A stretch of DNA of 64,000 bases from a virus (IMGVR_UViG_2799112923_000001), one strand, 5' to 3'; positions 44,368 to 57,304 are shown, counted from the first letter of the stretch. Notes: generated from the sequence alone by a model not told the origin. A program made the numbers and translations.

Positions 44368-44401
44368 ACTATATGTAAACAACAAAACAAGAGGTAACAA
44401 T

Positions 44402-44923
44402 ATGAATCCATTTTATGTAACTCGCTGCTGGAATAGTGAACTCAAGAAATGTGTGTATAAGGTGGAGGAACGTCGTTGGTTCCAGCTCGCTCGTTATCTC
44501 GTTGGGATTGGTTCTTTAACTGACCAAGCAGCTGAAGAATATGAGAACAATGGTTACAAATTGGAACGTCTTCCGAAGGAAGAACGAATTGTAAAATCCA
44601 AGCGTGAAGCTATGATGAACAACGCATTTAATTTGGGCTACGCAGATGGTTATCTCTCAAAGACCTGGGCTATGTTCCTACACGATGGATTTATCCAGCC
44701 CCGCGACGGATGGCAACGTACTTATTGTTATCGTTGGGGTGGTGGTAAGACCTACTATGACCGAGCACTGGGTCAGCATGGCTATTTACTGAAGAAGTAC
44801 GGCATACGCAAGTATATGGATGCTATCAAAAATCTTTCGGAATACAGAAAGCAGGCCGAAATTCGTTGTGCTAAAAAGAATGGTGTTGAATACAAGGAAC
44901 ATTCCATTTTTGAAGAATGTTAA
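44402..44923 (+). CDS. Hypothetical protein
   Basis: GAGGT RBS before ATG 44402. Confidence 0.7.
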   Translation: MNPFYVTRCWNSELKKCVYKVEERRWFQLARYLVGIGSLTDQAAEEYENNGYKLERLPKEERIVKSKREAMMNNAFNLGYADGYLSKTWAMFLHDGFIQPRDGWQRTYCYRWGGGKTYYDRALGQHGYLLKKYGIRKYMDAIKNLSEYRKQAEIRCAKKNGVEYKEHSIFEEC

Positions 44924-44983
44924 TAAAAATTTACACAATTTTACAATTTTTCCATTGACAAACTGAAGAAATATATCTATATT
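44918..44983 (+). promoter_or_regulatory. Palindrome + promoter cassette
   Basis: TGTTAA-N6-TTTACA 44918-44935; TTGACA 44955; TATATT 44978. Confidence 0.8.
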
Positions 44984-45016
44984 TTCTTTAGAAACAAACA
45001 ACAAAAGAGGTAAACA

Positions 45017-45748
45017 ATGGTTGATAATTTTGAACTCATTAAAGAATATATGGCAAAGCAGCAGCTGGATTGGGAAGAAGGGGATTGCTATTATGTTCAG
45101 TTGCTCCGTAGGCAGGCGGATGACCCACTGAAGAATGGTGTAAAAGACCCAAAGTATCACGGGAACATGCACTCTCGTTCTATCAAGGATTATCTCATTA
45201 GAAACATTGAACATCTTGATAAGGTCAAAGACGATATTAAGATGCTCTGCGACATGTTCAATGTTCGTGCGTATATCCGACTGAATAAGAGGAACTACAA
45301 GAATATCGCACTGGAAATGATGATGCATATTGCCGAACAGTGTAAATCTGGTGAAACCTTCTCGTCACCATTCCATCTTGTAACATCCGCATGTGGCACT
45401 GTTTGCCAAGCTGGTAAAGACAAGACCTGGATTGTTGATATGGACAAGGAATATCTCCCATACGAAAACGATGTTATGGAAATGATTCTTGATTGCCAGC
45501 CGTATGACAAGAAAATCCAGGCCTACTGTGACCTTGGTTTGAGTGTAGAAGACGCACGAAATGCGGTTAAGAGCAAATTTTTCGTTGTTCCGACCAAGAG
45601 CGGTAAGCATTTTGTGGTTAGTCCATTTAACAAACAAATGTTTGGTGTTCTTTGGGAAAAGTTCACGAAGGAAAAGAATCTTGACCTGAAGCAAATGGAC
45701 ATCCACAAGGATAATCCAACTATCCTTTATGTGCCAGATCCGCAGTAA
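45017..45748 (+). CDS. Phage protein with possible AEP (primase-polymerase)-like motifs
   Basis: WIVDMD and PTKSGKHFV resemble AEP motifs I and II. Confidence 0.4.
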   Translation: MVDNFELIKEYMAKQQLDWEEGDCYYVQLLRRQADDPLKNGVKDPKYHGNMHSRSIKDYLIRNIEHLDKVKDDIKMLCDMFNVRAYIRLNKRNYKNIALEMMMHIAEQCKSGETFSSPFHLVTSACGTVCQAGKDKTWIVDMDKEYLPYENDVMEMILDCQPYDKKIQAYCDLGLSVEDARNAVKSKFFVVPTKSGKHFVVSPFNKQMFGVLWEKFTKEKNLDLKQMDIHKDNPTILYVPDPQ

Positions 45749-45761
45749 TGTTAAACGAATG

Positions 45762-45797
45762 ACCCACAGAAATGTGGGTTATTTCTCCATATAAATA
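45762..45797 (+). terminator. Hairpin terminator followed by TATAAATA
   Basis: ACCCACA-gaaa-TGTGGGT, then T-rich; TATAAATA 45790-45797. Confidence 0.55.
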
Positions 45798-47980
45798 GAA
45801 GGAATTATGACAACAGACCAATTTATGTTATGGCGATTTAGGATGATTGAAGGCATTCTAGATAATATCAAGTCCTGGAATTTAAATGAATGTTTGTTCA
45901 ATGATGGCAGTAAGATTACTTACGATACAAAGAACGAACTAATCACCATTGAAACTCCAACTAACCGTGACATTATGTTGTTCTCACAGCTCACAAAAGA
46001 AAAACTATTCTCTATGGGTTTCAAAGAAAGAACTGTGAATAGACATAATGCCTCTTATGATGTAGGCAACTACACTTTCCAATACAGGTAAACTATGAGA
46101 TTAGGAATTGTACTTTGGTCATTAGTTTGTTCCTGGACTATGATTCATGCGATTGGCTTTTACCAATCGGGTGAATCAGACTATTCTATTTTGTTTGGAA
46201 CAGCATTTATGATTGCGTTGTATCTTTTTATTTCCTACACAGTGAAATATATCAAAGAAGATTATCCATTACAGATTAGAGTAGTTCAAAAAGAGCCTGA
46301 AAAGAAGGAAGAAAATGACACAGAAGAATAACTCATTTACAAATACTATCGTTTTGTATAAGAATAAAGATGTTCTCCATAAGAGCATTGAATCCCTTAT
46401 TCCTGAAATGATTGGTGCGGAACTTCGTGCGTTAATTCAAAACTGGCGTAAGGCTAATGGATTTGCTATTGACCAGCATGTTCCAGTATTGAAGTTTTGG
46501 TTTGCTAATCCAATTTTTAAGACAGTATTTGTTGAAGGTCTTTCAGGTGTTGGTGAGAACAAACATTTTCTTGATTTGTGTTTGGTAGATAGTGCTGAAT
46601 ATGAAATGCCAAAAGCTGATGTTATGAGTTTGACTTCAAAATACGATATTGTGTTTTGGAGCCCGATGGGTGGAACAGTTGGTTATGGTTCACCATTACA
46701 CGGGAACTCACCCAACATTCAAAAAGAACTAGACATTGTATTAAACGAAAAACTTTACAACAGGTATTACGAATGAATGAAAAACTTTTAAAATATCGTG
46801 AATCACTAAAATGTGTAGATGAAATGGAAGATGAACTGTATAATATGGTGGCATTTCTGTTTAAGGGTGTTAAAACAACTAGACAGTTCTATTTTGATAG
46901 ACTTGTTTACAATGCTCCAGGTGAAACGAGTGAGCTTCGTTTGAGTTATTGGATTTGTGGTGATGAAGATTACATCACATACAGTGTTCCCAATACCATT
47001 CTTGACGATTATTTTGATGGTAATAAAGACAAGGCGAAGAAAGATTTTGAGCAGTTCCTAATTGACGAAGAAAAACGCAGGGAAGAACAAATGCGTAAAG
47101 AAAAAGAAGAAAGGGAACGCAAACAGAAAGAAGCAGAAGAACAAGCCAAAATACAGAAAGAAATTGATGAACGAAATCTTTACGAAAAACTAAAACAAAA
47201 ATATGGAGAAAACTAATATGGAACTTGTAATGAACTTTATTACAAATAACCCAGGTTGGACTCTTTTGTTCATAATCTTCGGGTCAATGGGAATAGCAAA
47301 CATTATTAGGGCTATTCGTGGTGTACCAGCAGAAACATTGGAGGATAAAGACGATGATGGAAATGATTGAGGGACTCTGGGCACTAATTAAAGACCACGA
47401 AGATGATAAAGATGGATCTGGTGCTGCAGTAATTGGTGTTTTACATCTCATATTAGGCATTATTGCTACTATATTGACTGGTGTTTTTACACCACTTGGA
47501 CTTTGGGTAATTGCTACCTTTGTTCTAGCACTAATTCTTTTCGTTATTTGGATTGCATCACCAAAGGGAAGTTTGGCAGTTGGGTATTTCTTCGCCATGA
47601 CATTCTTCAGTTTTGCGTGGGTAATTTATTTGCCAATTTTAACATTAATTTGTTTGCTATGTTTGCCGATTATTATTAACGAATACAAACATAAAGACGA
47701 ATTGAAAAAGAACAAAAGATGATAGATAAAGAATTTAATGAATTTCTAAAACGGAAGATAGACGAAATTATGGGTGAATATAAAAATTCAAAAGAAACCG
47801 ATTTGACCAGATATAATTTGGTTGCTATCGTTAATGGTGAAACACTTAGATTTAAACGATATGGTAAAGAAACTGAAACAGTGAAGAGAGAACTAATTGT
47901 TTTTATTCACGAACACTACGGAGTCTTTACAGATAAGGTAACTATTGAAGAAGATAAAACACATCCAGTGAAGGTATAAA

Positions 47981-48766
47981 ATGAGAGATGTTTATTTCAT
48001 ATCAGGACTAATGGGTAGTGGCAAATCTACTGTTGCCGACTACATCAGATATAAAAATCACGAAGTCATTAAGATGGATGATTTTGCTAAGTCTTTTATG
48101 GAAGAAAACGCAGAATGTAAAATTGAATTGGTTCGTGCCTTTGGTAAAAAAGTACTTGACGATATGGGTCAAATTGACAAAGCATATATCCGAGAAGTAT
48201 ATTTCAAACCTGAATTGGCAACTACCAGAGAAATGTTTGAAGCTCAGTTGGATAACATGCTTTATCGTAAACTCGTACAAAAGATAAACGATAAAAATTT
48301 CGGTCGTACACCTTTATTTTTGGAGATACCTGCTTTTGATAAAGATAGATATATGCGTTTCGCCAGTTTGTTTTATGATATACTTAGACATATTTTTTGG
48401 GTCTTTTGTAATGAAGACTTGCGTAGGGAAAGACTAATCAAAAGAGGCATGAGTGTTGAGCAGATTGAATTAAGAGATTCAATTCAGTCCCACGAAATTC
48501 CAGTATTGGAAGCATTTCAAAATAAGGTCATTACAATTTCTAATAATGGAACTGAAGAAGATTTATTCAATGCTACGAATAAGGCTTTGAGTTCATATCT
48601 TACATTTGAAACTGCGCCACATGGAACAAAGAAAGATTATGCTATGATTATGATTCGTGATATGAGCCACTCAGTTTTAGATAAATTCTTCTGTAATGGA
48701 ATTAAAACCACTTTTGGTTGTGCAGCTTGCCCATATCCTTGTGAAAATTACACAGATCAAAAGTAA
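47981..48766 (+). CDS. coaE: Dephospho-CoA kinase with Cys-rich C-terminal extension
   Basis: ISGLMGSGKSTV P-loop, D..AK, ELVRAFG..VL...GQID, LEIP, R.ERL.KRG, I.NNG. Confidence 0.8.
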   Translation: MRDVYFISGLMGSGKSTVADYIRYKNHEVIKMDDFAKSFMEENAECKIELVRAFGKKVLDDMGQIDKAYIREVYFKPELATTREMFEAQLDNMLYRKLVQKINDKNFGRTPLFLEIPAFDKDRYMRFASLFYDILRHIFWVFCNEDLRRERLIKRGMSVEQIELRDSIQSHEIPVLEAFQNKVITISNNGTEEDLFNATNKALSSYLTFETAPHGTKKDYAMIMIRDMSHSVLDKFFCNGIKTTFGCAACPYPCENYTDQK

Positions 48767-48822
48767 ACATTTTGTATCTAAGTATGTTGTTTCCAAACTA
48801 AAAAATTACTATATTATAATGT

Positions 48823-49206
48823 ATGGAAGATGTAATACAAAATAAAAACATTTGTTTTTCGTGTGCTAACGAAGTCTCAGATAAAGAAAGACAGAAGAAG
48901 TATAAAGAACAACGAATGACCCGTGGGTTTGATGATACTGAATGTTGGAATTTGGATATTACATTTAGTTTATTCATTATTCCAAGATTGAAAGTATTCA
49001 AAGAACTAAACGATGGTTATCCAGCTCGTTATCATTCAATAGAAGAATGGAATAAAATTCTTGATGAAATGATTGAAGGATTTGAACTCCATTCAAATAA
49101 ATTTAACTGGGACACAGCGGATGCTAACGAAGAAAATGGAAATATGGCAAAAGCCAAAAAAGCCATTAGATTATTCCAAGAAAACTTTTTTGACCTATGG
49201 TGGTAA
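48823..49206 (+). CDS. Conserved-looking phage hypothetical protein
   Basis: WNLD.T..I.PRL..FK...GYP...W..ILDEMI.GF...LWW pattern. Confidence 0.5.
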   Translation: MEDVIQNKNICFSCANEVSDKERQKKYKEQRMTRGFDDTECWNLDITFSLFIIPRLKVFKELNDGYPARYHSIEEWNKILDEMIEGFELHSNKFNWDTADANEENGNMAKAKKAIRLFQENFFDLWW

Positions 49207-50519
49207 ACAAACATAAATAAGGAGAAATACTATGATGAATCAAGATGATTTGGAAATGATGCTCGGCAAGGAAGAAAAGGTTGCTGAAGAAATGAAGGAT
49301 TTCCTTCGTTCACATATCAAAGACCTTTTGAAGCAAATGCCAAACATGACCAAAGCAGAACTGGATGCATACATTGAAAGATTGATGGTGGTTTAATATG
49401 AATATAGATAAAGTATCAAGATTTATAAGTGATTATCTCACTTGTGCCTTGAGTTTAACTATATTCAATTTTTTATTTGAACTAAATTTGGACTGGTTAA
49501 ACTTCATTGTTTATTCAGTCTGTTTATTTGGTGCGATTGAGGTATTAAAAAGATTATGAAATACACAGTTGTTTTTCAATTTCCAAATGGACCCGCATAT
49601 CCATTAGTGGGTGGTGGTTTTACTGGTGAATTTGGTAAGAATGTACGAACTTGGGAATCTAATGAAATCGCAACCATATTCGCTAATGAAATGTGTGGCA
49701 AATATGGTTATGTAGTAATTGAGGTTCTTAATGCTGGTGCTTGAAATTAAATTTGTTAGTAATGATAAATTGAATGTTCAAATGAATACAGATGTTCTTG
49801 CTATTGGTAAAGACCAAGATAGTGATGAAGATAGAGCATTGTTTGAACGAGAAATTATCCCTGAATCGTATGCTATAATTGATGTTACATACAAAGACAA
49901 AACACTTTCACAAAACCCTAACTTATGTGTGGATATGATGAATGTGATTGTTCGTTATGCCAAAAACAAAAATTATAGATTGGAAAGATTGGGTCAAAAT
50001 CCAAAATTTCCTGATGTTTATCAATTAAAATTTGTGAGAGAAACCGATGAACGATTTATGGGAAGCAATAAAGGTATATGCGAGTCAATATAGGGACAAC
50101 GATGCGTATTTAGCATACGATGTTAATGCGAAAGAAGTTTCTGTATGGAAAGAAGGCTATGACGAAATTTGTTATTATAAAACGAATTTAGAACAACTAC
50201 TTGATTTGGGTTATGATAACGAAGTTTTAGCAAAAATGGTGTTTATGAACTTTATGAATGCAAAGGAACTATTTGATGAGGGTGGAAACAATTAATTTTG
50301 TAAATCGTATTAAGAATTATGAACTAAAACGAAACTACGATGAAGATGAATTTACATTCCAAAAACGATATTACAAAAGCCGATTAAATTCTTGTTATGG
50401 TTATTTGAAACTACTCAGTTCTAATATGAATGGGTCAGGTAAACTCAATGATGATTATAATGAAGTAATGAAACTCTCAAAAGAATGTGAAAAGGAATAT
50501 CTCCGATGGAAGGAAAAAT

Positions 50520-50858
50520 ATGAAAATACTTGACTTTTTTAAGAATTTGTTTGTAAAGAAACCGGAGTTTGATAGAAATTATCATCATTATGTAATGACT
50601 GACCATTGTAGAACCCGAATGAAAGAAAGACGAATTTTGTATAAGGATATTAATCTTTGTATGAAATATGGGGTTTTGATTGGTAATCAAATCGTATTAG
50701 ATGAAACTGATATTCCTAAAACTCATTGGGAAAGTTTGAATCCATCACAAACCAAGCATGTAAAGAATCATTTACCATTGGTTGTTACGATTAAAGAAGG
50801 AACCAAAATTATTACCACGGTTTATAAGGGCAATAATAGCATTAAGAAAAAGAGATAA
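50520..50858 (+). CDS. DUF4258/BrnT-RelE-like protein
   Basis: T.HC..RM.ER.I...DI.....G and IITTVY. Confidence 0.45.
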   Translation: MKILDFFKNLFVKKPEFDRNYHHYVMTDHCRTRMKERRILYKDINLCMKYGVLIGNQIVLDETDIPKTHWESLNPSQTKHVKNHLPLVVTIKEGTKIITTVYKGNNSIKKKR

Positions 50859-51027
50859 TGATATGGCAGGAATCGTCAGTAAATGGCTCATACTGGGCAG
50901 TATATTTTTCTTGATTGGTTGTAATGATAGCAACTCAACTGGACCAGAGTGTTCAAGCACTGGTACTTATACGATTATTTCTAGTGATGGTGAATACAAT
51001 ACTGACTATTGTATAAAGTGAGGGCCT

Positions 51028-51498
51028 ATGAAAATGATTCATGTGCTTCCAAAATTAAAGTTTGATAAACTAATGGAGAAAGAAGGTTGGAATGATAACA
51101 ACATCCCAACCGATAAAGCATTCATTTCTATCTGTTGTTTACCAAACATTAAAAAGAACTACCTGGAAGATTACAAACATATTATTGACGAACACTGGTT
51201 TAAAGAAAACCACCCAAATGTTTTGAACATAGATTTTGACGATATTACTGAAGATGAGCGAGAAACCCGATATGGCATGTCCTATGGAATGACCGATAAA
51301 GACGCCGATATGATTGTAGAATTTGCCAAAAAGAATGCTGATAAAAAAGATTTTTATATTCATTGTATGGCTGGCAAAAGCAGAAGTATTGGTGTTGGTT
51401 GTGCGTTAAGAGAATTTTTTAACTGTAAAATGAGTTGCTTTTTTGGTATAAATGGAAGAAACGATTTTGTTTACAATAAACTAAAGGAAAGACTATGA
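51028..51498 (+). CDS. Tyrosine/dual-specificity phosphatase-like protein
   Basis: FDD loop and CX5R motif HCMAGKSRS. Confidence 0.8.
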   Translation: MKMIHVLPKLKFDKLMEKEGWNDNNIPTDKAFISICCLPNIKKNYLEDYKHIIDEHWFKENHPNVLNIDFDDITEDERETRYGMSYGMTDKDADMIVEFAKKNADKKDFYIHCMAGKSRSIGVGCALREFFNCKMSCFFGINGRNDFVYNKLKERL

Positions 51499-51672
51499 TT
51501 TGTATAGAAGAACTTGGATATGAAATTAAGAGATTGGAAGTGTTATTCAATAACACAGATAATCCTGAAGAAAAACTAGCAACACAAATGGTTTTAAACA
51601 ATTTGAATAATTTGGTTGCTCAGTTATCACAACTCATTACAACTCCTGATTTTAAAGAAATGGCAAAAGAAT

Positions 51673-52035
51673 ATGAACCAAAAGAAAATTGAAGAATCTA
51701 TTAAATTCTTTTGTGAGTATATTCAGCCCCCATTTACAATAGACCATAATAATTCTTGTTTTAATGTAAGTTTAAATGAATGGGGTATTTTTAGAGTGGA
51801 TTATTGGAAAAATACCATTTATTATCCTGATGTAATTCGTTATATAAATGGCGAACCAAGAACATTTTGCTTTGAATGGAGTAAGATAAAACCAACTTCA
51901 ACATTTGACGTATTAAATAAAAAAACATTTACCACTGATGACGAAATTATAGTATTGTTAGAAGATTTATACGAAAAAGCCAAAAAAGCAAAAGAAATAG
52001 AATTGGAACATCAAGTTAGGAGGGATTTCAAATAA
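51673..52035 (+). CDS. DF-tail family protein
   Basis: Ends QVRRDFK. Confidence 0.7.
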   Translation: MNQKKIEESIKFFCEYIQPPFTIDHNNSCFNVSLNEWGIFRVDYWKNTIYYPDVIRYINGEPRTFCFEWSKIKPTSTFDVLNKKTFTTDDEIIVLLEDLYEKAKKAKEIELEHQVRRDFK

Positions 52036-52490
52036 TGTTCAATTTGAAAAATCGTTATCTTGTGTGGAGATTTCCATACCTGAGACCAAGAAAATATGAT
52101 GGAACAATAATTCCAGATTACAATTACAAGTTTACCGACTTGGATTGTTATCCTGATGGTTGGCGAAAGTTAATCATTGGTTATTGTAAACGATTGAACA
52201 AAATCCTTAAAAGATATGGCGAACTTCACAATTTCTATATTACTGACGCAAAAGAGAAATGGGGAACCGCTCGTTTGTATTACAGTGGTGTGAGTAATGG
52301 TGATTGCCGCCGACAGATTGATGAATTGCTATTTAGACTAGAAACTGAAAGCTGGCATGTATGTTCTATTTGTGGTAAGAAAGCAACTTATGCTTCTCAG
52401 GGCTATGTAATGCCATATTGCTACGAATGTACAAAGAACCCAAAGATTTTTACATGCTACGAACCTATTGAAGAAACAAAAGATGAATGA
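52035..52490 (+). CDS. Phage hypothetical protein with C-terminal Zn-binding motif
   Basis: GW..LI, KEKWG..RLY, CSICG..CYEC. Confidence 0.5.
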   Translation: MFNLKNRYLVWRFPYLRPRKYDGTIIPDYNYKFTDLDCYPDGWRKLIIGYCKRLNKILKRYGELHNFYITDAKEKWGTARLYYSGVSNGDCRRQIDELLFRLETESWHVCSICGKKATYASQGYVMPYCYECTKNPKIFTCYEPIEETKDE

Positions 52491-53352
52491 AGAATTAAAA
52501 GAAAAGATTAATAATCTTACTGACGAAACCGAATTAAAAGAAATCAGTCTTTGGGCTGATGCTCGTAGGCAGCAACTAAAAGACGAAAAGGCTATGGCTA
52601 ACAAAACAGAATTGGAAGCCAAATATAAGGGTAAGTATCTAATTAAATATGGCCGACAAATGATGGCTATGGCAGTCAAATTTAACCGAGATAATCTTGA
52701 CGATATATCCATTATTCATGTGCTGGATATTGATTTTAAGGGTAGAGGGTTTTTTAGATGCCATGCCAAAGTAATCCATATTCAGTATGACCCTGAAACT
52801 TCTTTGGTTGGGCATTTGACCTCTAGTGGATTTAATGAAGTAAAAATCCAATGTTTTGAAGATTCACAGTATGATATAAATGAAACTGATATTGCCCAAA
52901 TCGTTGACCAGAACACTGCTAATGGTATTATTAACGAAGCCAAGAAATATCAAGTTGAAATTATGAATAATTGGGATTTATGATTATTACACAAGTAGAA
53001 CATCCTGATATGTTTGACAAGTTAAAAGAAATTGTTGAACAACAGAAAACATTTGAAGAAGAAGATTTACAATACAATTACAAAGGTGAAGATAAAGAAG
53101 ATATCTGGCACTGTATGGAATTCTTTTATCAAAACATTTGGGTAAAGAATTTTAGACCATTTGTTTATAGTGATAAAGATGACTGGGAAAACTATCATTT
53201 CCAATTAGAATATAATGGAAAGTTTTCCGAAGTAGAAATTGTTTATGGTATTGGAGCATTTTGTGTAATTCACCCAATGAATCATAAACCAACGAATGCT
53301 TCTAAAGTATTGGATTTGAACAAGATAACAGTTAGTGGTGAAGAAGTTCATT

Positions 53353-53652
53353 ATGATGAATAAATTATTGAATTTTATTTACAAACATACACACAGAATT
53401 GCCAAGAAAAGAGTTACCACACCACAGTTAGATGTTGGTGAGCGCTGGTGCCCTCAATGGTGGTTTATTTGGTGGCACTATTACTGGCGAGAAATTGGTT
53501 ATCAGTTTATGACACCAATTTCTTACGAAACATTGGAAGAAGCAGAATTTATGACTAACAAAGAGATTTCGTTTGAAGAAAAACATAAGTATTGGTTAAG
53601 ACATATTAAAGAAAAAATGAAAATGACAGATATTGAACAAGATTTTAAGTAA
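53353..53652 (+). CDS. DF-tail family protein
   Basis: Ends DIEQDFK. Confidence 0.7.
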   Translation: MMNKLLNFIYKHTHRIAKKRVTTPQLDVGERWCPQWWFIWWHYYWREIGYQFMTPISYETLEEAEFMTNKEISFEEKHKYWLRHIKEKMKMTDIEQDFK

Positions 53653-53653
53653 G

Positions 53654-53719
53654 TGTAAATAAAATTTTACAAAAATTAAACTGTAAACCATTGACAAAGT
53701 CAGTGGTTTTTTGTATATT
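53654..53719 (+). promoter_or_regulatory. Palindrome + promoter cassette
   Basis: Palindrome 53654-53671; TTGACA 53691 in hairpin; TATATT 53714. Confidence 0.85.
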
Positions 53720-54622
53720 ATAATTAGATTACATAGGGAGACGAACTATGAACGATGAAGAAAAGAAAGAAAAAAGAATCCCATTTAGTAAACTTAAAGA
53801 TTATTTAATCAGTTTAGGATATAAAATAGAAAATTATAGTGATTTTGCCTATGCGGCGAATATGGAACAGTATAAAGCAAATGAAAAAGAATTAAAAGAA
53901 AGAAAAAAGAACGAACAACAGGAGAAAGAAAATGAAGTGTTGTAAATGCGGAAAAGATATTACATTGTTAGACCCGTCTAACACATCTGTTAAATTGACT
54001 GATGGATATTCATTGAACCGAGTTTTTACACTTTGTTGTAGGTGTGGAACTAAACTGTTGAATGAATTTATCAAAAACGAAAAGAAACTCAAAGAAAATA
54101 TGGAGACTGACTAATGCTTTGGACTTTAATTTTATCATTCACAGTTGCCGGTTATACCGGTGCACATGTTCCATCATCTCATAGTGTAATTGTTCCAAAT
54201 CTTCCATCCAAGGAAATTTGTGAAAAGACTGGTGCGGAACATATCAAGAAATTTAATTCTAACAGATATGGTTATTATGTTGGTGTTTACACCTGCGTAG
54301 AACAAGGTAAAAACTAAATAAGGTAAAACTATGGAATTATTCAAAAAGAAACCAAAGCAGTACAGATTGAAAGAATTTTATTGTGCGGAATATGACAGCA
54401 CAATGTATCTCATTGAAGAAAAGTGGTTGTGGTTTTGGGTCAGAGTAGATAGCGATTTTTACTATGATGTTCATAGCCATAAGAAACACGAACTATGGGG
54501 CATGAGCATTATTTACTATAATAAAGAAGATGCCCTTGACATTATCAAATTGAACCGAAAATTAAACGAAAGAAAACAGAAAGAAACTTCGTGTAATATA
54601 ATCCCAGTTAAAGAGGAATAAA

Positions 54623-55153
54623 ATGCAAATCTTTATTGACATTGAAAATACAGTTATTGACGATTTATGTACTTGTAATCTAATGACTGACCAATGTGAA
54701 CGAATTAAAAATTTCGTTCATTCGGCTAATCCTGATAAGGTGAATATCTTTACCTGGGGTTGGAAAGAACATAAAGAAATTAGAAAGTACATTGTGGATT
54801 GGATTTTCAATGCCCTTGAAATCCCAGCAGATCAGCGTGGTGTTGTGTGGACTAAGGACGATTCCATTCAATGTGCGTTTAATCATAAATGGGTAAATAC
54901 TACTGACGAAGTGGAACTAGAAGATTTACATCTTCCTGGTGCTATGACACGATTTGGAATGGAAAAGCCCACATGTTTCATTCAGCAGTGTAAAGATTTG
55001 GCTGAATATGACACAAAACCATTAGTGAGTGAACATTTTATATTGATTGACGATTTGAATAAAGAAGGTGAATTTGAAACACGAAACTTTATGAATATGA
55101 AAAACGCCAGTTCAATAGATGTTCAGTTAATAAATCCAAAGGATTTGCCATAA
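54623..55153 (+). CDS. HAD-like hydrolase
   Basis: IFIDIENTV motif I-like, FTW motif II-like, LIDD motif IV. Confidence 0.45.
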   Translation: MQIFIDIENTVIDDLCTCNLMTDQCERIKNFVHSANPDKVNIFTWGWKEHKEIRKYIVDWIFNALEIPADQRGVVWTKDDSIQCAFNHKWVNTTDEVELEDLHLPGAMTRFGMEKPTCFIQQCKDLAEYDTKPLVSEHFILIDDLNKEGEFETRNFMNMKNASSIDVQLINPKDLP

Positions 55154-55480
55154 TGGTTACTGTAGATGACATAATAAACGAAATGGTAAGTGTAGGCTAT
55201 TGTAGCCGAATGCCAGTAGGAGTAGCCAGTAATTTTCTACTAGAAACAAAAGCAAAACTATTGAAAATGAATGGTGAAATTGCAGTGATTGGTGTTCCAA
55301 AATATCGTAAAAATCATTTTAGTGGTTGGGTTGGTTGGAAACCTTACATTAAATATAAAATACGATTGGAGAATATGGATAAACCAATGCTGCGAAGAAT
55401 TTTAAAATCACAGTTTTATATTTTACAATATCATCCACGAAGTCAAATATCAGCAATGTTGAAGGAGATAACAGAAAATT

Positions 55481-55861
55481 ATGAGAATGGTGTTAGATAA
55501 TGATTACTCACCCTTTCTTTTGAAACAAATTAAGAAAGAAGATTACTCACTCACTTATGATATGTGTAGTAAGAACGATTACACAGGTTGTAGGGTTCGT
55601 ATGCTCGTTTCACAAGAAGTGTGGCATCCGTTGTCAGTAATTATCTATAAAGAAACTGGTGATAAAGAAATTACCATTTACTCATTTGAAGTTCATCCTG
55701 AATACAGAAATACAAATATCGGCAGAAGAATGTTGACAAAATTCAAAGAAAATGCTAATATGATTACGCTGTGTTCACTTGTGGATGCTAAAATCTTTTA
55801 TGAAAAACTTGGGTTTCAAGAACAAGAAGAATCCCGAATGATATGGAGAAGAAAACTATGA
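55481..55861 (+). CDS. GNAT acetyltransferase
   Basis: FEVHPEYRNTNIGRRML and A..FYEKLGF. Confidence 0.85.
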   Translation: MRMVLDNDYSPFLLKQIKKEDYSLTYDMCSKNDYTGCRVRMLVSQEVWHPLSVIIYKETGDKEITIYSFEVHPEYRNTNIGRRMLTKFKENANMITLCSLVDAKIFYEKLGFQEQEESRMIWRRKL

Positions 55862-56098
55862 CAACTGCAACTATATTTTGGATTATTGTAGGCATAATTA
55901 GTTTGGTTGCTATTATTTGTGCTACAATTATCAAACTCACCAGATTGAGTAGAGAATGTAAACACGAATGGAAAACTGTAAAAGAAATAGATTTAGTGAA
56001 CGATGATGATGAAAAGATCGGTAAACGATATATTCAGCAGTGTGTTCATTGTGGGGATGTTAGACATATAGATTGTTGTTAAATTAAAGGAGAAAAGA

Positions 56099-56368
56099 AT
56101 GAAGAAAACTCTATTAATCGTACTGGCTTTTGCGATGGTCGCATTTGCTGATGTTAAACTTGACTTCCTGGTTTCTGCCCGCCGATTGGGTTGTGAAACA
56201 GTTCAGTGGGTTGAGAATGACTATGTTTCAGGAGTGAAATGGAAGCATTATGCTAAGGTCGCATGTAAAGAAAACCAACGCATGCCAGTTAGAATGGTTG
56301 GCTTGAAGTTTCTTGATGTAGCCACCAATTTAAAGGGCGAATACATATTTACATACGGTGAAGAATAA
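56099..56368 (+). CDS. Small secreted protein
   Basis: Signal peptide MKKTLLIVLAFAMVAFA. Confidence 0.6.
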   Translation: MKKTLLIVLAFAMVAFADVKLDFLVSARRLGCETVQWVENDYVSGVKWKHYAKVACKENQRMPVRMVGLKFLDVATNLKGEYIFTYGEE

Positions 56369-57304
56369 TGGATGATTATATTTCTCAGGTAATTTTTGAA
56401 TTGAATAAATGTGAACAGTTCGCACATTGGAAATACGATGATGTGTTCGCATATATCAAGGAAGAAAATCTACTTGAGAATTTAGAAGAATTTTACAGAA
56501 AGGGATTTAGTGTTCAAGACGCAGTTGAACGATTGGATGCTATCACCTGGTGTTTCATGTGAATTTCAAAGAACGATTAGAACAATGCCGAACATTTTGT
56601 ATGGTGCCTGGTTGGTGGGACCCGGACACACCGGCTATAAATGAGTTAATGTTTCAAAGAACTGAAGCACTCATTCCATATATTCCAACAAATTACAATT
56701 TGTGCCCTTGCCCAGATGGTTCTTTTCAGTGGGAATGGGAAGAAAAACGAAAAAATAATATATGGATTGTAATTGAAGTTTATGAAACATTTTATAGACT
56801 GACTAGAGAAGATGGCATTGAACACGAAGAAACAGATTTGAATAAATTTATTCAAGTTCTAAAAACATATTTGCCACATAAGTTTCCAAATGAAAAATAG
56901 TAATAAAGACAGATACGAACATAAGTTAAGAGAATTCAATAAACGATTAAATGCTCTCTCAAAAGGCATTTCTTTTGATGAATGGTTAAAAGCAAAAGAT
57001 AAACTATCAAAAGAATATGGATTTACCGATGAAGACTGGTGCCATTTGTTGAAACTGTTGGGTCAGTCCAAGAATGGAAGAAAGAAACATAACACCAAAG
57101 CAATCGGTTGGAAACGAGAAATCAAAGATAGAAAAGAAAACGAAGAAATTAAATCTGCGTTATTTGAAATTAGTCCTGAACAGGAAAGGTTAAATGAAAC
57201 TGGAGATTTTGAAATCCGCAGTGATGATTATTGGTTAGACGAATGGTCAGGTGATAATTACTCAGATTATCTTGATTATGTTGAAGAAAATTTACATAAC
57301 TCTG

